From NCBI GenBank assembly GCA_017427065.1, contig JAFRTL010000009.1, positions 120,265 through 184,264 of the forward strand: DNA of 64,000 nt. Reading direction: 5' to 3'. The notes beneath the pieces were generated by a model, which searched no databases, was not told the origin of the DNA, and saw only the letters and a program-made list of their open reading frames with translations. The position numbers were made by a program, and so were the translations under genes. This stretch comes from Bacteroidaceae bacterium (GTDB lineage Bacteria > Bacteroidota > Bacteroidia > Bacteroidales > Bacteroidaceae). Below, one piece after another: positions 9,708 through 19,913 of this stretch (its first letter is position 1; each line of letters opens with the position of its first letter).

Positions 9708-9844
9708 AGGCGTTTTCTTCACTCCACCAAATTTTTCGGAAAATTTTTTTCGGAAGTGCCAAAAACTCGCCTTTCTTGTTTATTTCTTGCATATCTCAAG
9801 AATTGTTCCGAACTTTGTCACAAAGATCATACATATCAAAGACA

Positions 9845-10969
9845 ATGAATATGATTACTTCACGGGCTTTGGCCCTTATGCTGTGCATTAGCACCCTCGT
9901 GTCCATGACTTCTTGTTATGAGGACGATGATCCCATTGTGGATCCCACTCCTTCATCAATTACGCTGAAATGTGTCAAACCTGATTACCTGAAAGCGGGC
10001 GACAAGGTGGCACTCATCTCCCCGTCGTACTATACTCCTATGGAGAACGTGGAGAAGACGGCCGAAGTGCTACGATCTTGGGGACTGGAGCCTGTCGTTG
10101 GTGCTAATGTAGGCAAGATAGAAGTGGGCAGATATGCTGGAACGATCGCAGAGCGCGTAAGTGATATACGTTGGGCACTTTCTGATCCCTCCATTAAGGC
10201 GATTATCTGTAATCGCGGAGGTTATGGGACTATCCAACTTATCGACCAACTCACATTGAAGGAACTGGCTGCCTCGCCCAAATGGTTGGTGGGCTTCAGT
10301 GATATCAGCACCCTTCATGGCTTATTTACCCGTGCTGGTGTCATGAGTATTCACGGCACCATGAGTTCGTTCTTGGCTAAAGGCGGCACCGATGCTACCA
10401 GTACGCTCATGCGCGATATACTTTTAGGCCGCATCCCTACCTATAATCTTCCTGCCCATCCTCAAAACATCATCGGTAAGGCAGAAGGCATATTGGTAGG
10501 TGGAAACATCTGTACGTATGTGCCCAACTTAGGCACACAAGCGGATGCCACGGCAGGCAAAGACCTCATCCTTTTCATTGAGGAAGTTGAAGAATCCATG
10601 CACAACATCGATCGCCAGTTCCAGATCTTGCAGATGAATGGCGTACTCGATCGCTGCAAAGGGGTGATATTAGGTGAATTCACAGATTGTGGCACAGAAT
10701 TCACTTATGAGAGCGTGGAAGCTATGTTGCACGAGTATTTGGTAGCCTACCATATCCCTGTGCTCTGTGGTTACCCTGGCGGACATGGTGACGTGAACCT
10801 TCCGTTGGTTATGGGTGCCCCTGTAACCATAGATGTGCGCAACGATGGAGCAACTTTGACCTTCAATATTGAAGGCACTCCTCAAATTGTAAACACTGCA
10901 GACATCACTGCACCCGTCACTTCGTTAGCTTCCCGATTGGTTTTAGCGGGAAAACGTGAGGTTGAGTAG
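9845..10969 (+). CDS. S66 family LD-carboxypeptidase with lipoprotein signal
   Basis: Motifs LKAGDKVALISPS, RGGYG, GFSDIS (Ser), FIEEVEE (Glu) and GGHG (His); N-terminus ..LVSMTSC-YEDDD. Confidence 0.88.
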   Translation: MNMITSRALALMLCISTLVSMTSCYEDDDPIVDPTPSSITLKCVKPDYLKAGDKVALISPSYYTPMENVEKTAEVLRSWGLEPVVGANVGKIEVGRYAGTIAERVSDIRWALSDPSIKAIICNRGGYGTIQLIDQLTLKELAASPKWLVGFSDISTLHGLFTRAGVMSIHGTMSSFLAKGGTDATSTLMRDILLGRIPTYNLPAHPQNIIGKAEGILVGGNICTYVPNLGTQADATAGKDLILFIEEVEESMHNIDRQFQILQMNGVLDRCKGVILGEFTDCGTEFTYESVEAMLHEYLVAYHIPVLCGYPGGHGDVNLPLVMGAPVTIDVRNDGATLTFNIEGTPQIVNTADITAPVTSLASRLVLAGKREVE

Positions 10970-11195
10970 GGCGAAAAATGCCGATGAAAGCGATAAAATT
11001 GGCGCAGAGGCGAAATAATAGGGTCAATTTTCTTGGGAAAAGAGTCAACTAATGTAGGAAAGTTGGCAACAGACTCAGATGAGAGAGTAAACAAAAGTAG
11101 TACGATAAACAGTTGTTAACAAATAATCATCAAACAAACGCTCTAGAGGAGTCAACATTATACAGGAAAAGATAAAGAGAACACATTTTTTTTCA

Positions 11196-11355
11196 TTTCA
11201 ATTATTTTAAAAAATATGTGCGCATACATAAATAAAGACTAAGAACGAATTTTTACTATATATATTTATATATATATAATTATATATAGTAAATTCTATT
11301 CATAGGTAGAGGGTTATATAAGTAAGCGTGCACTTATTTTTTAAAATAACTGAAA
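11196..11355. repeat. Long AT-rich imperfect palindrome
   Basis: Outer arms 11196-11221 and 11330-11355 (24/26 match); inner arms 11253-11264 and 11281-11292 (12/12) around a (TA)n core. Confidence 0.8.
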
Positions 11356-11385
11356 TAAAATAAATGAAATTTAGGTCCCTCAAAC

Positions 11386-11542
11386 TGTATATTTATGCAG
11401 AAACAAGGGTAGGTGCCTTACGATCCTTGCGCTGAAATTTGACCTCCCTCGTGAGGGCGTAAAAAATCCCTCGTGAGGGAGGCGGAATTTGCATACCAGA
11501 AATTTTTATGCATATTCTCCTTGGATATTGCATAATTATACG
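11386..11542. repeat. TGTATATTTATGCA-box element with 22-bp-spaced palindromes (copy 1)
   Basis: Box at 11386-11399, inverted box at 11529-11542, ccctcgtgaggg at 11446 and 11468. Confidence 0.6.
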
Positions 11543-12004
11543 TGTTTACAAGATAGCGTTTTGTAGTATATGTGCGTAAAATAGTTACTTATGTCAAAAC
11601 TTCTCTCCATACCTACCAAAAATCTTCAACTCAACGAAATTAGAAAGCGTATGATTATTATATGCCTAAATGTAAACAAATGTTAAATAATCTCTAGGGT
11701 ATTGACAAACGCCTATCTGAAGTTGTAAATTATATAATATAGACGGGGAAGTCAAAGGGCCCTGATGAATCCGTCTGTAAAACGTACCATGATTTATTGA
11801 ATACACCATGCCAATTTATGCTCTTAGCTACAGTTTTTTCAAAATAGCATGCAGTATTTTGGGCTTTAGCATTATTCTTATCAGTGAAGGGTATTTGGTA
11901 AAATTAAACTTTAATGGCAAAAAGTTTTTGTATGTCACAAAAAAACCGTACCTTTACATGGTTTTTAGAGAGCCATTATTTGTAACGTATTAATTATTTT
12001 ATAA

Positions 12005-14575
12005 ATGCCTGAACAAGACAAGATTATTAAAATTAACATCGAGGACGAGATGAAATCGTCGTACATCGATTACTCTATGTCGGTAATCGTGGCGAGAGCT
12101 CTTCCTGATGTAAGAGACGGCTTTAAGCCGGTACATCGTAGAATACTCTACGGTATGATGGGGATAGGAAACACGTCAGATAAGCCCTACAAGAAATCTG
12201 CCAGAGTGGTTGGTGAAGTATTGGGTAAGTACCATCCACACGGAGATTCATCAGTATATGGCGCATTAGTGCGCATGGCTCAACCCTGGGCAATGAGGTA
12301 TTGCCTGGTGGACGGTCAGGGTAACTATGGTTCTGTGGATGGCGACGGTGCAGCCGCCATGCGATATACGGAATGTCGACTCCAGAAGATTGGCGAGGAC
12401 ATGATGCAGGATCTGGAAAAGGATACTGTGGACATGCAGAACAACTTCGACGACTCTTTGCAGGAGCCTACTGTAATGCCAACCCGCATCCCGAACCTGC
12501 TGGTAAACGGTGCATCGGGTATCGCCGTGGGTATGGCAACTAACATGCCGACACACAACCTCAGAGAGGTAATCGATGCATGTGAAGCGTACATTGACAA
12601 TAATGACATTACCATCGAAGAACTGATGGAATATGTGAAAGCGCCTGATTTCCCTACAGGAGCATTCATCTACGGACTCTCTGGAGTGCGTGAGGCTTAC
12701 CTCACCGGACGCGGTAGGGTAGTGATTCGCGCCCGTGCCAACATCGAGGATGCCGGAACGCATGATAAGATTATTGTGACAGAGATTCCTTACGGTGTGA
12801 ATAAGGCGGAACTGATCAAGTCGATCGCCACGCTGGCCAATGAGAAGAAGATTGAAGGTATCTCCAATGCCAACGATGAGTCCGACCGTGAAGGTATGCG
12901 CATCGTGATCGATGTGAAACGTGATGCCAATGCCAACATCGTGCTGAACAAGTTGTTCAAGATGACGCAGTTGCAGACCTCCTTCAGTGTGAACAATGTG
13001 GCTCTGGTACATGGACGTCCACGTTTGCTCAACCTTAAGGACTTGATTAAGAACTTCGTAGAGCATCGCCATGAAGTGGTGATTCGCCGCACTAAGTACG
13101 ATCTGCAAAAGGCTAAGGAACGTGCACATATCCTTGAAGGCCTGATCATTGCGTGCGACAATATCGACGAGGTGGTTCGCATCATCCGTGCAGCGAAGAC
13201 TCCTGCAGATGCTATGCAGGGCCTGATGGATCGCTTTGAATTGGATGAGCTACAGGCACGTGCCATCATTGAGATGCGCCTCCGTCAGCTTACGGGATTG
13301 CAGCAGGATCAGTTGCATGCAGAGTATGAGGAACTGGAGCGCATGATCGCTTACTATGAGCAAATCCTCTCTGACGATGAACTTTGCAAGAAGGTGATCA
13401 AGGATGAGCTCACAGAGGTGAAGGAGAAATACGGTGATGACCGCAAGTCGGAAATCGTACCGCTGTCAAAGGATTTCAATCCAGAAGACTTCTACAGCGA
13501 CAACGAAGTTGTGATTACGATCTCACACCGCGGTTACATCAAGAGCACGTCACTCAGCGACTTCCGCTCACAGAATAGGGGTGGAGTAGGGTCTAGAGGC
13601 TCTGACACACGTGACGATGACTTTGTGGAGTACATTTATCATGCAACGATGCACAACACCATCATGTTCTTCACGCAGAATGGTAAGTGCTATTGGTTGA
13701 AAGTCTATGAGATTCCACAGGAGGGAAAGACCTCAAAGGGTCGTGCCATTCAGAATCTGCTCAACATCGAGCCTGGTGATTCTGTGAATGCCTTCCTGAG
13801 AATCAAGGACTTGAGCGATGTGGAATATAATGATACACATTATATAGTATTCTGTACCAAGAACGGTATCATCAAGAAGACCAAGTTGGCTGAATACTCC
13901 CGTCCACGTCAAAATGGCATTATCGCCATCAACATTCTGGAAGGCGACCGTGTGATTAATGTCAGATTGACAGAAGGTAATGATGAGATCATTATGGCCA
14001 ACAGAAATGGTCGTGCCATTCGCTTCAACGAGGAGACGGTACGTGCCATGGGTCGCACAGCCACAGGCGTTAAGGGTATGGAACTCGATAATGACGGCAG
14101 CGATGAGGTTGTAGGTATGATCTGCGTCAAGGATCCTGAGGCCGAGACAGTGCTGGTGGTATCTGAGCAGGGCTTCGGTAAACGTACAGGTGTTGACGAC
14201 TATAGAAAGACTAACAGAGGCGGCAAGGGAGTTAAGACTCTGAACATTACAGAGAAGACTGGAAAGCTCGTTGCTTTGAAATCTGTGACAAATGATAATG
14301 ATTTAATGATTATCAACAAGTCGGGCATCTTAATTCGTGTGAAAGTTGCTGACATCCGCATTATGGGTAGAGCCACTCAAGGTGTGAAGCTTATCAACCT
14401 GGAAAAACGAGGTGATGAAATAGGTTCCATCTGTAAGGTTCCAACCGAAGTGGAAGAGGAAGCTATCGCTGAAGGACTGGACAATGAAGAAGGGACAGAC
14501 TTCACAGGTGTTCAGAACTACGACGAAAGCGAATCAGACCAGATAAGAGATAATGAAGAATTGAGTGAGGAATAA
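12005..14575 (+). CDS. gyrA: DNA gyrase subunit A
   Basis: Motifs [23 protein letters not shown] and AAMRYTE; GyrA box QNRGGVG; acidic C-terminal tail. Confidence 0.98.
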   Translation: MPEQDKIIKINIEDEMKSSYIDYSMSVIVARALPDVRDGFKPVHRRILYGMMGIGNTSDKPYKKSARVVGEVLGKYHPHGDSSVYGALVRMAQPWAMRYCLVDGQGNYGSVDGDGAAAMRYTECRLQKIGEDMMQDLEKDTVDMQNNFDDSLQEPTVMPTRIPNLLVNGASGIAVGMATNMPTHNLREVIDACEAYIDNNDITIEELMEYVKAPDFPTGAFIYGLSGVREAYLTGRGRVVIRARANIEDAGTHDKIIVTEIPYGVNKAELIKSIATLANEKKIEGISNANDESDREGMRIVIDVKRDANANIVLNKLFKMTQLQTSFSVNNVALVHGRPRLLNLKDLIKNFVEHRHEVVIRRTKYDLQKAKERAHILEGLIIACDNIDEVVRIIRAAKTPADAMQGLMDRFELDELQARAIIEMRLRQLTGLQQDQLHAEYEELERMIAYYEQILSDDELCKKVIKDELTEVKEKYGDDRKSEIVPLSKDFNPEDFYSDNEVVITISHRGYIKSTSLSDFRSQNRGGVGSRGSDTRDDDFVEYIYHATMHNTIMFFTQNGKCYWLKVYEIPQEGKTSKGRAIQNLLNIEPGDSVNAFLRIKDLSDVEYNDTHYIVFCTKNGIIKKTKLAEYSRPRQNGIIAINILEGDRVINVRLTEGNDEIIMANRNGRAIRFNEETVRAMGRTATGVKGMELDNDGSDEVVGMICVKDPEAETVLVVSEQGFGKRTGVDDYRKTNRGGKGVKTLNITEKTGKLVALKSVTNDNDLMIINKSGILIRVKVADIRIMGRATQGVKLINLEKRGDEIGSICKVPTEVEEEAIAEGLDNEEGTDFTGVQNYDESESDQIRDNEELSEE

Positions 14576-14617
14576 AATAAGAAAAACAAGTAAAATTAAT
14601 TTAATTATTTATCTATT

Positions 14618-15847
14618 ATGAAAAAAGTGTTATTTACAATGGCTTTGTTGGTAGCTGCCAGCGGAGCATTCGCACAGCAGAGTGTTATTAAAGAGGCTAA
14701 GAAGCTGATGAAAGGTAGCTTTGGTGCCGCTGAGACTACTCTTGCTCCTGCTTTGACAAATCCTGAGACTAAGGATTTGGCAGAGACTTGGGATGTTGCA
14801 GGCAACATTCAGAAGAACTGGTATGACAATGAATACAAGAAGAAAGTTCTTGGTCAGCCAGCTGATGAAGCTCAGATGTACACCAGCGCTAAGAAGGCTA
14901 TCGAGTATTTCTTTAAGTGCGATGAGCTTGCTCAGATGCCAGATGCTAAGGGTAAGATCAATAACAAGTTTAGAGGTGCCAATACAAAGGCTGTTTTGGA
15001 ACTGCGCAATAGCCTGATCGAGGGTGGTATTCAGTTCTTCAACAACTACAACCAGTCTGACAGTGCAGAGGACGGTAAGAAGGCTATTGACTTCCTGGGT
15101 GCTTACGCAGAGTCAGCTTTCAATCCTATGCTTGAGAGCGCTAACTTACAGCAAACTGACCAGAACCTTGGTCTGGCTGCCTTCTATGCAAGTGCTGCTG
15201 CACAGCGTATGGAAGATTGGGCAAGCGTAGCCAAGTATGCTAAATTTGCTGCTAACGATGCTGAGTATGGCCAGTCAGCTGCTGAGTTGGCTGCTGAAGC
15301 ATTGAAGCGTCAGGGTAATATGGATGCTTACTTTCAGGCTTTGAAGGAAGGTGTTCAGAAGTTCCCACAGGACAGATACTTCTTCGCTAATGCCGTTAGC
15401 TACTACACTAATCAGGACAAGTACGACGATGCAATCGCTTATGTAAACGATGCATTGGCAAGCGATCCTCAGAACTCTTACAAAATGTATGTTAAGGGTG
15501 TTGTATTGGATCAGGCTAAGAGATATGACGAAGCAATCGCTACTTTCCAGCAGGCTGTTCAGGCAGATCCTGAAAATGCAGAAGCTTGGTCTATGTTAGG
15601 TGATACTTATCGTCTGCAGGCACAGGATTTCTCTGAGAATGCAACGATGGATATGGATTCTCCACAGTATGCTAAGGATCAGCAGACTCTGAGAGAGTTC
15701 TATTCTAAGGCTCGTGAGCCATACGAGAAGGCTCGTCAGTTGAAGCCAGATGAGAGAAATCTGTGGCTGAATGGTCTTTACACCGTTTATTACAACCTGC
15801 ACTTGCAGAATGAGTTCAACGAGATCGAGGCTCTGATGAACAATTAA
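14618..15847 (+). CDS. Tetratricopeptide repeat protein with signal peptide (paralog 1)
   Basis: Signal peptide and TPR-like helices (AIATFQQAVQADPENAEAW); conserved position after gyrA. Confidence 0.85.
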   Translation: MKKVLFTMALLVAASGAFAQQSVIKEAKKLMKGSFGAAETTLAPALTNPETKDLAETWDVAGNIQKNWYDNEYKKKVLGQPADEAQMYTSAKKAIEYFFKCDELAQMPDAKGKINNKFRGANTKAVLELRNSLIEGGIQFFNNYNQSDSAEDGKKAIDFLGAYAESAFNPMLESANLQQTDQNLGLAAFYASAAAQRMEDWASVAKYAKFAANDAEYGQSAAELAAEALKRQGNMDAYFQALKEGVQKFPQDRYFFANAVSYYTNQDKYDDAIAYVNDALASDPQNSYKMYVKGVVLDQAKRYDEAIATFQQAVQADPENAEAWSMLGDTYRLQAQDFSENATMDMDSPQYAKDQQTLREFYSKAREPYEKARQLKPDERNLWLNGLYTVYYNLHLQNEFNEIEALMNN

Positions 15848-15860
15848 TTAAAGATTTTTC

Positions 15861-15900
15861 AAAGGAAGTTTAAGTCTCGAAAGGGACTTAGACTTCCTTT
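15861..15900 (+). terminator. Intrinsic terminator after TPR paralog 1
   Basis: Hairpin aaaggaagtttaagtctc-gaaa-gggacttagacttccttt followed by a T-rich tract. Confidence 0.75.
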
Positions 15901-15939
15901 ATTTATTGTATTATCACGACAATCATTTTAGCTTTCCAC

Positions 15940-17157
15940 ATGAGATATATCATTTCATTTCTATTCTTTCTTCTTTCTTTAGGAACTTTTGGCCAAACTC
16001 GTGCCATAAAGGAAGCGAAGAGTTTATTGAAATCAAATAAGTTGTCTGATGCAGAGAAAGCCATAGATAAAATCCTTCAAAACGAAGAAACCAAGAACAA
16101 TCCCAATGCTTGGGATATCGCAGGTCAGATTCAATTAAGGAAACATGAGGTAGAGAATCAGAAAGCCTATCTGAGGAAACCTTACGATACACTGCTGCTC
16201 AATAGTAGTGTACTGAAGATGACCAAATACTTCATCCAGTGTGATAGTCTGTCTCAGATTCCAGATGCCAAAGGAAATATCAAGAACAAATTCAGAAAGG
16301 ATAATGCAGAGAGCATCAGTAATGAAATAAATCATCTGATTAATGGTGGTTATCATTTCATGTCATCAGAAAAGGCAGACGACAAGAGAATCGCCCTTGA
16401 TTACTTTGATACTTACATTAAGGCGGTATACCATCCTATGCTCGAGAAAATACATGATACTGAAAAGGATACAATGATTCCACATGTCGCTTACTATGCT
16501 TGCGTAACGGCGCTAAAAATCAATGATTATAAATCGGTTTCTAAGTTTGGAAAGTATGCCTTGAACAGTCCTACGTATGCACAATCTGCCAAGCAACTGC
16601 TTACCATGTCTTACTTGGAACAAGGGGACAGTATCAACTATCTGTCTTCGTTGGAAGAAGGGGTTCAGAAATATCCGAATGATCGATTCTTCTTTGCAAA
16701 TCTCCTGGATTATTACATCAGAAGGGATAGGATAGAAGATGCCATGAATGCCATAGATGACATTATTGCTAAAAATCCTAATAATTCATATTGTTTTTAC
16801 ATAAAAGGCTTTCTATACCAAAATCAGCAAGATTATGAGAATGCCATTGAAATGTTTCATAAAGCCATCGCTTTAGATCCGCAGAATGCAGAAGCTTATT
16901 CGGGTTTAGGTTTGGTTTATTGCATATTGGCTCAAGATTACTCCATAAAAGCTTCGACTAATGTCAACAGTCCTGAATACGAACGCGACCAACAGATTCT
17001 AAGGGATTATTATCAGCATGCTAAAGATCCATACGAGAAGGCGCGAGAACTGCGACCAGAGCAAAAGGAATTATGGTTGAACGGATTGTATCGCGTGTAT
17101 TATAATCTACATTTAGGCGATCAATTTAGCGAAATTGAATCGTTACTCAAACAATGA
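15940..17157 (+). CDS. Tetratricopeptide repeat protein with signal peptide (paralog 2)
   Basis: Shares PDAKG.I.NKFR and PYEKAR.L.P....LWLNGLY.VYYNLHL with 14618-15847. Confidence 0.85.
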   Translation: MRYIISFLFFLLSLGTFGQTRAIKEAKSLLKSNKLSDAEKAIDKILQNEETKNNPNAWDIAGQIQLRKHEVENQKAYLRKPYDTLLLNSSVLKMTKYFIQCDSLSQIPDAKGNIKNKFRKDNAESISNEINHLINGGYHFMSSEKADDKRIALDYFDTYIKAVYHPMLEKIHDTEKDTMIPHVAYYACVTALKINDYKSVSKFGKYALNSPTYAQSAKQLLTMSYLEQGDSINYLSSLEEGVQKYPNDRFFFANLLDYYIRRDRIEDAMNAIDDIIAKNPNNSYCFYIKGFLYQNQQDYENAIEMFHKAIALDPQNAEAYSGLGLVYCILAQDYSIKASTNVNSPEYERDQQILRDYYQHAKDPYEKARELRPEQKELWLNGLYRVYYNLHLGDQFSEIESLLKQ

Positions 17158-17209
17158 TCCTTTTCATCGATAATTGATAATAATTCATCGTATCATTATA
17201 TAGTAGCGA

Positions 17210-17237
17210 TATTATTATAATCACGATTATGTTTAAT
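17210..17237 (+). other. Candidate chromosome dimer resolution site (dif)
   Basis: TATTATTATAA-TCACGA-TTATGTTTAAT has the 11-6-11 layout; the right arm matches the XerD arm TTATGTTAAAT at 10/11; intergenic between convergent genes. Confidence 0.55.
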
Positions 17238-17309
17238 ATAAAAATCGGATTTTATAGGAAAAGGCGTTTAACCCTCTCCTAAGGCTCAATTATTTAAATT
17301 AAATGAAGA

Positions 17310-18053
17310 TTAGATGATTTCGATAGCATCTACGGAAATCCAGCCAACTTTACCATCAGACAACTCTATTTCTTTCCATTCTTGCATGGAATTATCTTTG
17401 ATGGTCAATTTTGTTCCTTCGTGCAGAATAAACAAACTGGTTCCTGTTTCACTTGGCGTACTATGAACAACCACACTTGATTGCATCACAATGGCGTCGT
17501 TTCTATTAATCAATCGTTTCCTTTGGCTGTATGCAGAGAGATTGGCTAAAAGCGAAACAAACAGCATGACGATAGCACAGATAAAACTGATCTTCTTGGT
17601 TCGCTCTGACATGGTGAAGAAAAAGATACCTAAGGCTACCAGGAACAAAATAAATGCAACGATGCCCCAATAAGCCCATTGCTTCACGCTCATCATATTG
17701 ACCAATGAAGAAATCCACACCATAAAAAAGATATCTGGTGTTGAAACCAGATTGTCCTGTGTCTTTGATCTGGCAATGTCTAAATTGGCTCGAATGTCTG
17801 AATTCCCAGGATTCAAGAGCAATGCTCTTTCGTAATTAAGTATTGATTTTCCTATATTATCTGCCTTGAAATAACTATTTCCTAAGTTGTAATAAACCTC
17901 AGAGGACTCTCCTTCTTCCAACAGTTCTTCATAGAGGGCTATGGCTTGCGCGTAATCGCCTCGTACATAGGCACTATCGGCATCTATTTTAGAAGCTCCC
18001 CGAAACGGGATGGCTAAGGTAAGACAACATATAATAATAAAAAACCTTTTCAT
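17310..18053 (-). CDS. batE: BatE (TPR + SH3b)
   Basis: YYNLGNSYFK TPR and LHEGTK..DGKVGWI SH3; last gene of the bat operon. Confidence 0.9.
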   Translation of the reverse strand: MKRFFIIICCLTLAIPFRGASKIDADSAYVRGDYAQAIALYEELLEEGESSEVYYNLGNSYFKADNIGKSILNYERALLLNPGNSDIRANLDIARSKTQDNLVSTPDIFFMVWISSLVNMMSVKQWAYWGIVAFILFLVALGIFFFTMSERTKKISFICAIVMLFVSLLANLSAYSQRKRLINRNDAIVMQSSVVVHSTPSETGTSLFILHEGTKLTIKDNSMQEWKEIELSDGKVGWISVDAIEII

Positions 18054-18065
18054 ACTGATTCGATC

Positions 18066-19913
18066 TTATTGTTTAATAGAACTTTCCATTTTACTGATAA
18101 TATCCAAGGAAGATTCATAGATTTTATCCATGGCTTGATTGGCATCGCCTGGAGCATATCTGACATACTCGCAACTATTCAGTACGTTGATGAAGTTTTC
18201 TACAAGCTCGTCAGATACTCCATATTTCTTCAATTCATCTTCGATATTATCCTTAGACAATTTTGAAACCGGAATGCTGAGCTTATCACTTACATAACCC
18301 CACAGCGCTTGAAGAACCTCATCATAGAACGCATCTTTTTGATTATTCTTCAGCAGATTTCCTGCCTTCTTCATACGCTTGGTAGCCACCTTATTGGCTT
18401 TGCGGTTCTTCACCATAGCAAGGTCAGCATTATCGGCGATTCTCTTTCTATTCAGGAAGAAGAGGATAATGAATATCACAAGAGGAATCAGGTAGCACAA
18501 CCAATAAGGTAATGTTCCAAAGAAATAATCGCCTCGTGGTGTCAATGTCACATCGTTTTGTTTGATGAAACGGATGTCTTGATTAAGTACCCTCAGATCT
18601 TCCTTTGAATAATTAGCGATGGTCTGAGTAGAACTACCACCCTCTCCTTTCTCTACTTGAAGTACATATTCCTCTGTTGATAAGGTCTTATAAGACTTGG
18701 AATTGATGTCGAAATAGCTGAATTTGGCTGATGGAATCTTATAAGTACCAGGATTTCTTGGAATTGCCAAATACTCAATCACCATATTACCCGACAAGCC
18801 TCCTGTGGTGAGTTGAGAGGATGATTCTACTTTGGGGTCATAAGTCTCAAAATCTTCGGGGAATTTTACTTCAGGATTGGAAATCAGTTTCAGATTACCA
18901 GTTCCTGCTATTTCTATTTTCAGGGTAATGGCATCATTCGTTTTCAACTGGGTACTATTGATCGAAGAATTAAGGGTGAACTCCCCTACTCCATTTGAGA
19001 AGTTTTCAGGCTTCGGTTGTGGTAGCGGATTGACAGTGATGGTCAACTTAGGCGTAAACAACGATTTCTTTATCTCCACATAAGCATTTCTACCATTGAA
19101 GAACGCATCAAAAGGATCAATGGCTTGATTGGCTTGAGCCACAGAAGCATCGAAACGTGCAGCATCTATCACGAGTTCCCCCGTTTGTTGTGGGAATAGG
19201 ATAAACTGTCGATACACAGTGGAACGGTAGTTACGACCTCTATAATGTTCCAATTCCCATTTACGATCGGATGGTAAATCTACTTCCTGTGAATGGAAGC
19301 CCTTGAAATCAGGAAGTTTCACATTATCGAATCCACGTAAGTCGATGGCTGTATAGATCTTGTAAGTCAGCAAAAACGCTTCCTGTTCGTACACCGTGGT
19401 TTTATTGACATTGGCCACCACAAACAAATCAGAATTGGAAATGGAGGAAGCGCTGCTGGAACTTGTACCCGACTCTCCTCCGCTGCTTATTCCATTCACC
19501 TTGTCCTCTGGAAGCACTTTGATCTGCACAGAGTTAGAAATGACTTCATTTCCATCGGCCACAATTGTTGCTCCAGGAATAGTGAAAGTTCCTTCACTTG
19601 TAGCCATCAGAATATAGGTGAAAGTCACACTGCTTGTAGAAGTCGTATTGCCATTGATTACCTGGACACTGCTTTGCTGTGACCTGCTAGGGCCCATTAG
19701 TACATCAAATCCATTGATGGTAGGTGCCTTAAAGTCCTTTACATTGGTAGTGGAGACAACGAATGACAATCTGAATTGATCTCCTACTGCCACAGCATCT
19801 GGGGCTGTTGCTCTGAATGACACGTTGTCTGCAGCATACATTGTAGAAATGCATGCAAACAAAAAGAGCCACGTTAAAAGAATATATCTCTTCATTTTTC
19901 CACTCATTACCAA
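18066..19913 (-). CDS. batD: BatD family protein (start may be 19895)
   Basis: GFDVLMGPSRS and IAGTGNLKLI segments, C-terminal TM; position in operon. Confidence 0.9.
   Translation of the reverse strand: MVMSGKMKRYILLTWLFLFACISTMYAADNVSFRATAPDAVAVGDQFRLSFVVSTTNVKDFKAPTINGFDVLMGPSRSQQSSVQVINGNTTSTSSVTFTYILMATSEGTFTIPGATIVADGNEVISNSVQIKVLPEDKVNGISSGGESGTSSSSASSISNSDLFVVANVNKTTVYEQEAFLLTYKIYTAIDLRGFDNVKLPDFKGFHSQEVDLPSDRKWELEHYRGRNYRSTVYRQFILFPQQTGELVIDAARFDASVAQANQAIDPFDAFFNGRNAYVEIKKSLFTPKLTITVNPLPQPKPENFSNGVGEFTLNSSINSTQLKTNDAITLKIEIAGTGNLKLISNPEVKFPEDFETYDPKVESSSQLTTGGLSGNMVIEYLAIPRNPGTYKIPSAKFSYFDINSKSYKTLSTEEYVLQVEKGEGGSSTQTIANYSKEDLRVLNQDIRFIKQNDVTLTPRGDYFFGTLPYWLCYLIPLVIFIILFFLNRKRIADNADLAMVKNRKANKVATKRMKKAGNLLKNNQKDAFYDEVLQALWGYVSDKLSIPVSKLSKDNIEDELKKYGVSDELVENFINVLNSCEYVRYAPGDANQAMDKIYESSLDIISKMESSIKQ

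Noticed and set aside
11702..11738. TTGACA..TATAAT sigma70-like promoter
   Set aside because: Spacing of about 25 nt is too long, and Bacteroidetes primary promoters use TAnnTTTG.
11741..11776. agacgg..ccgtct hairpin containing CTGATGA, considered as a hammerhead ribozyme
   Set aside because: No properly placed GAAA and no room for stems I and III.
11808..11993. 61-aa ORF upstream of gyrA
   Set aside because: AT-rich, overlaps the likely gyrA promoter region, no recognisable features.
12266..13269. Long minus-strand ORFs inside gyrA (similar ones inside argH, ileS, Fe-ADH and the TonB receptor)
   Set aside because: Typical codon-bias shadows on the opposite strand of real genes.
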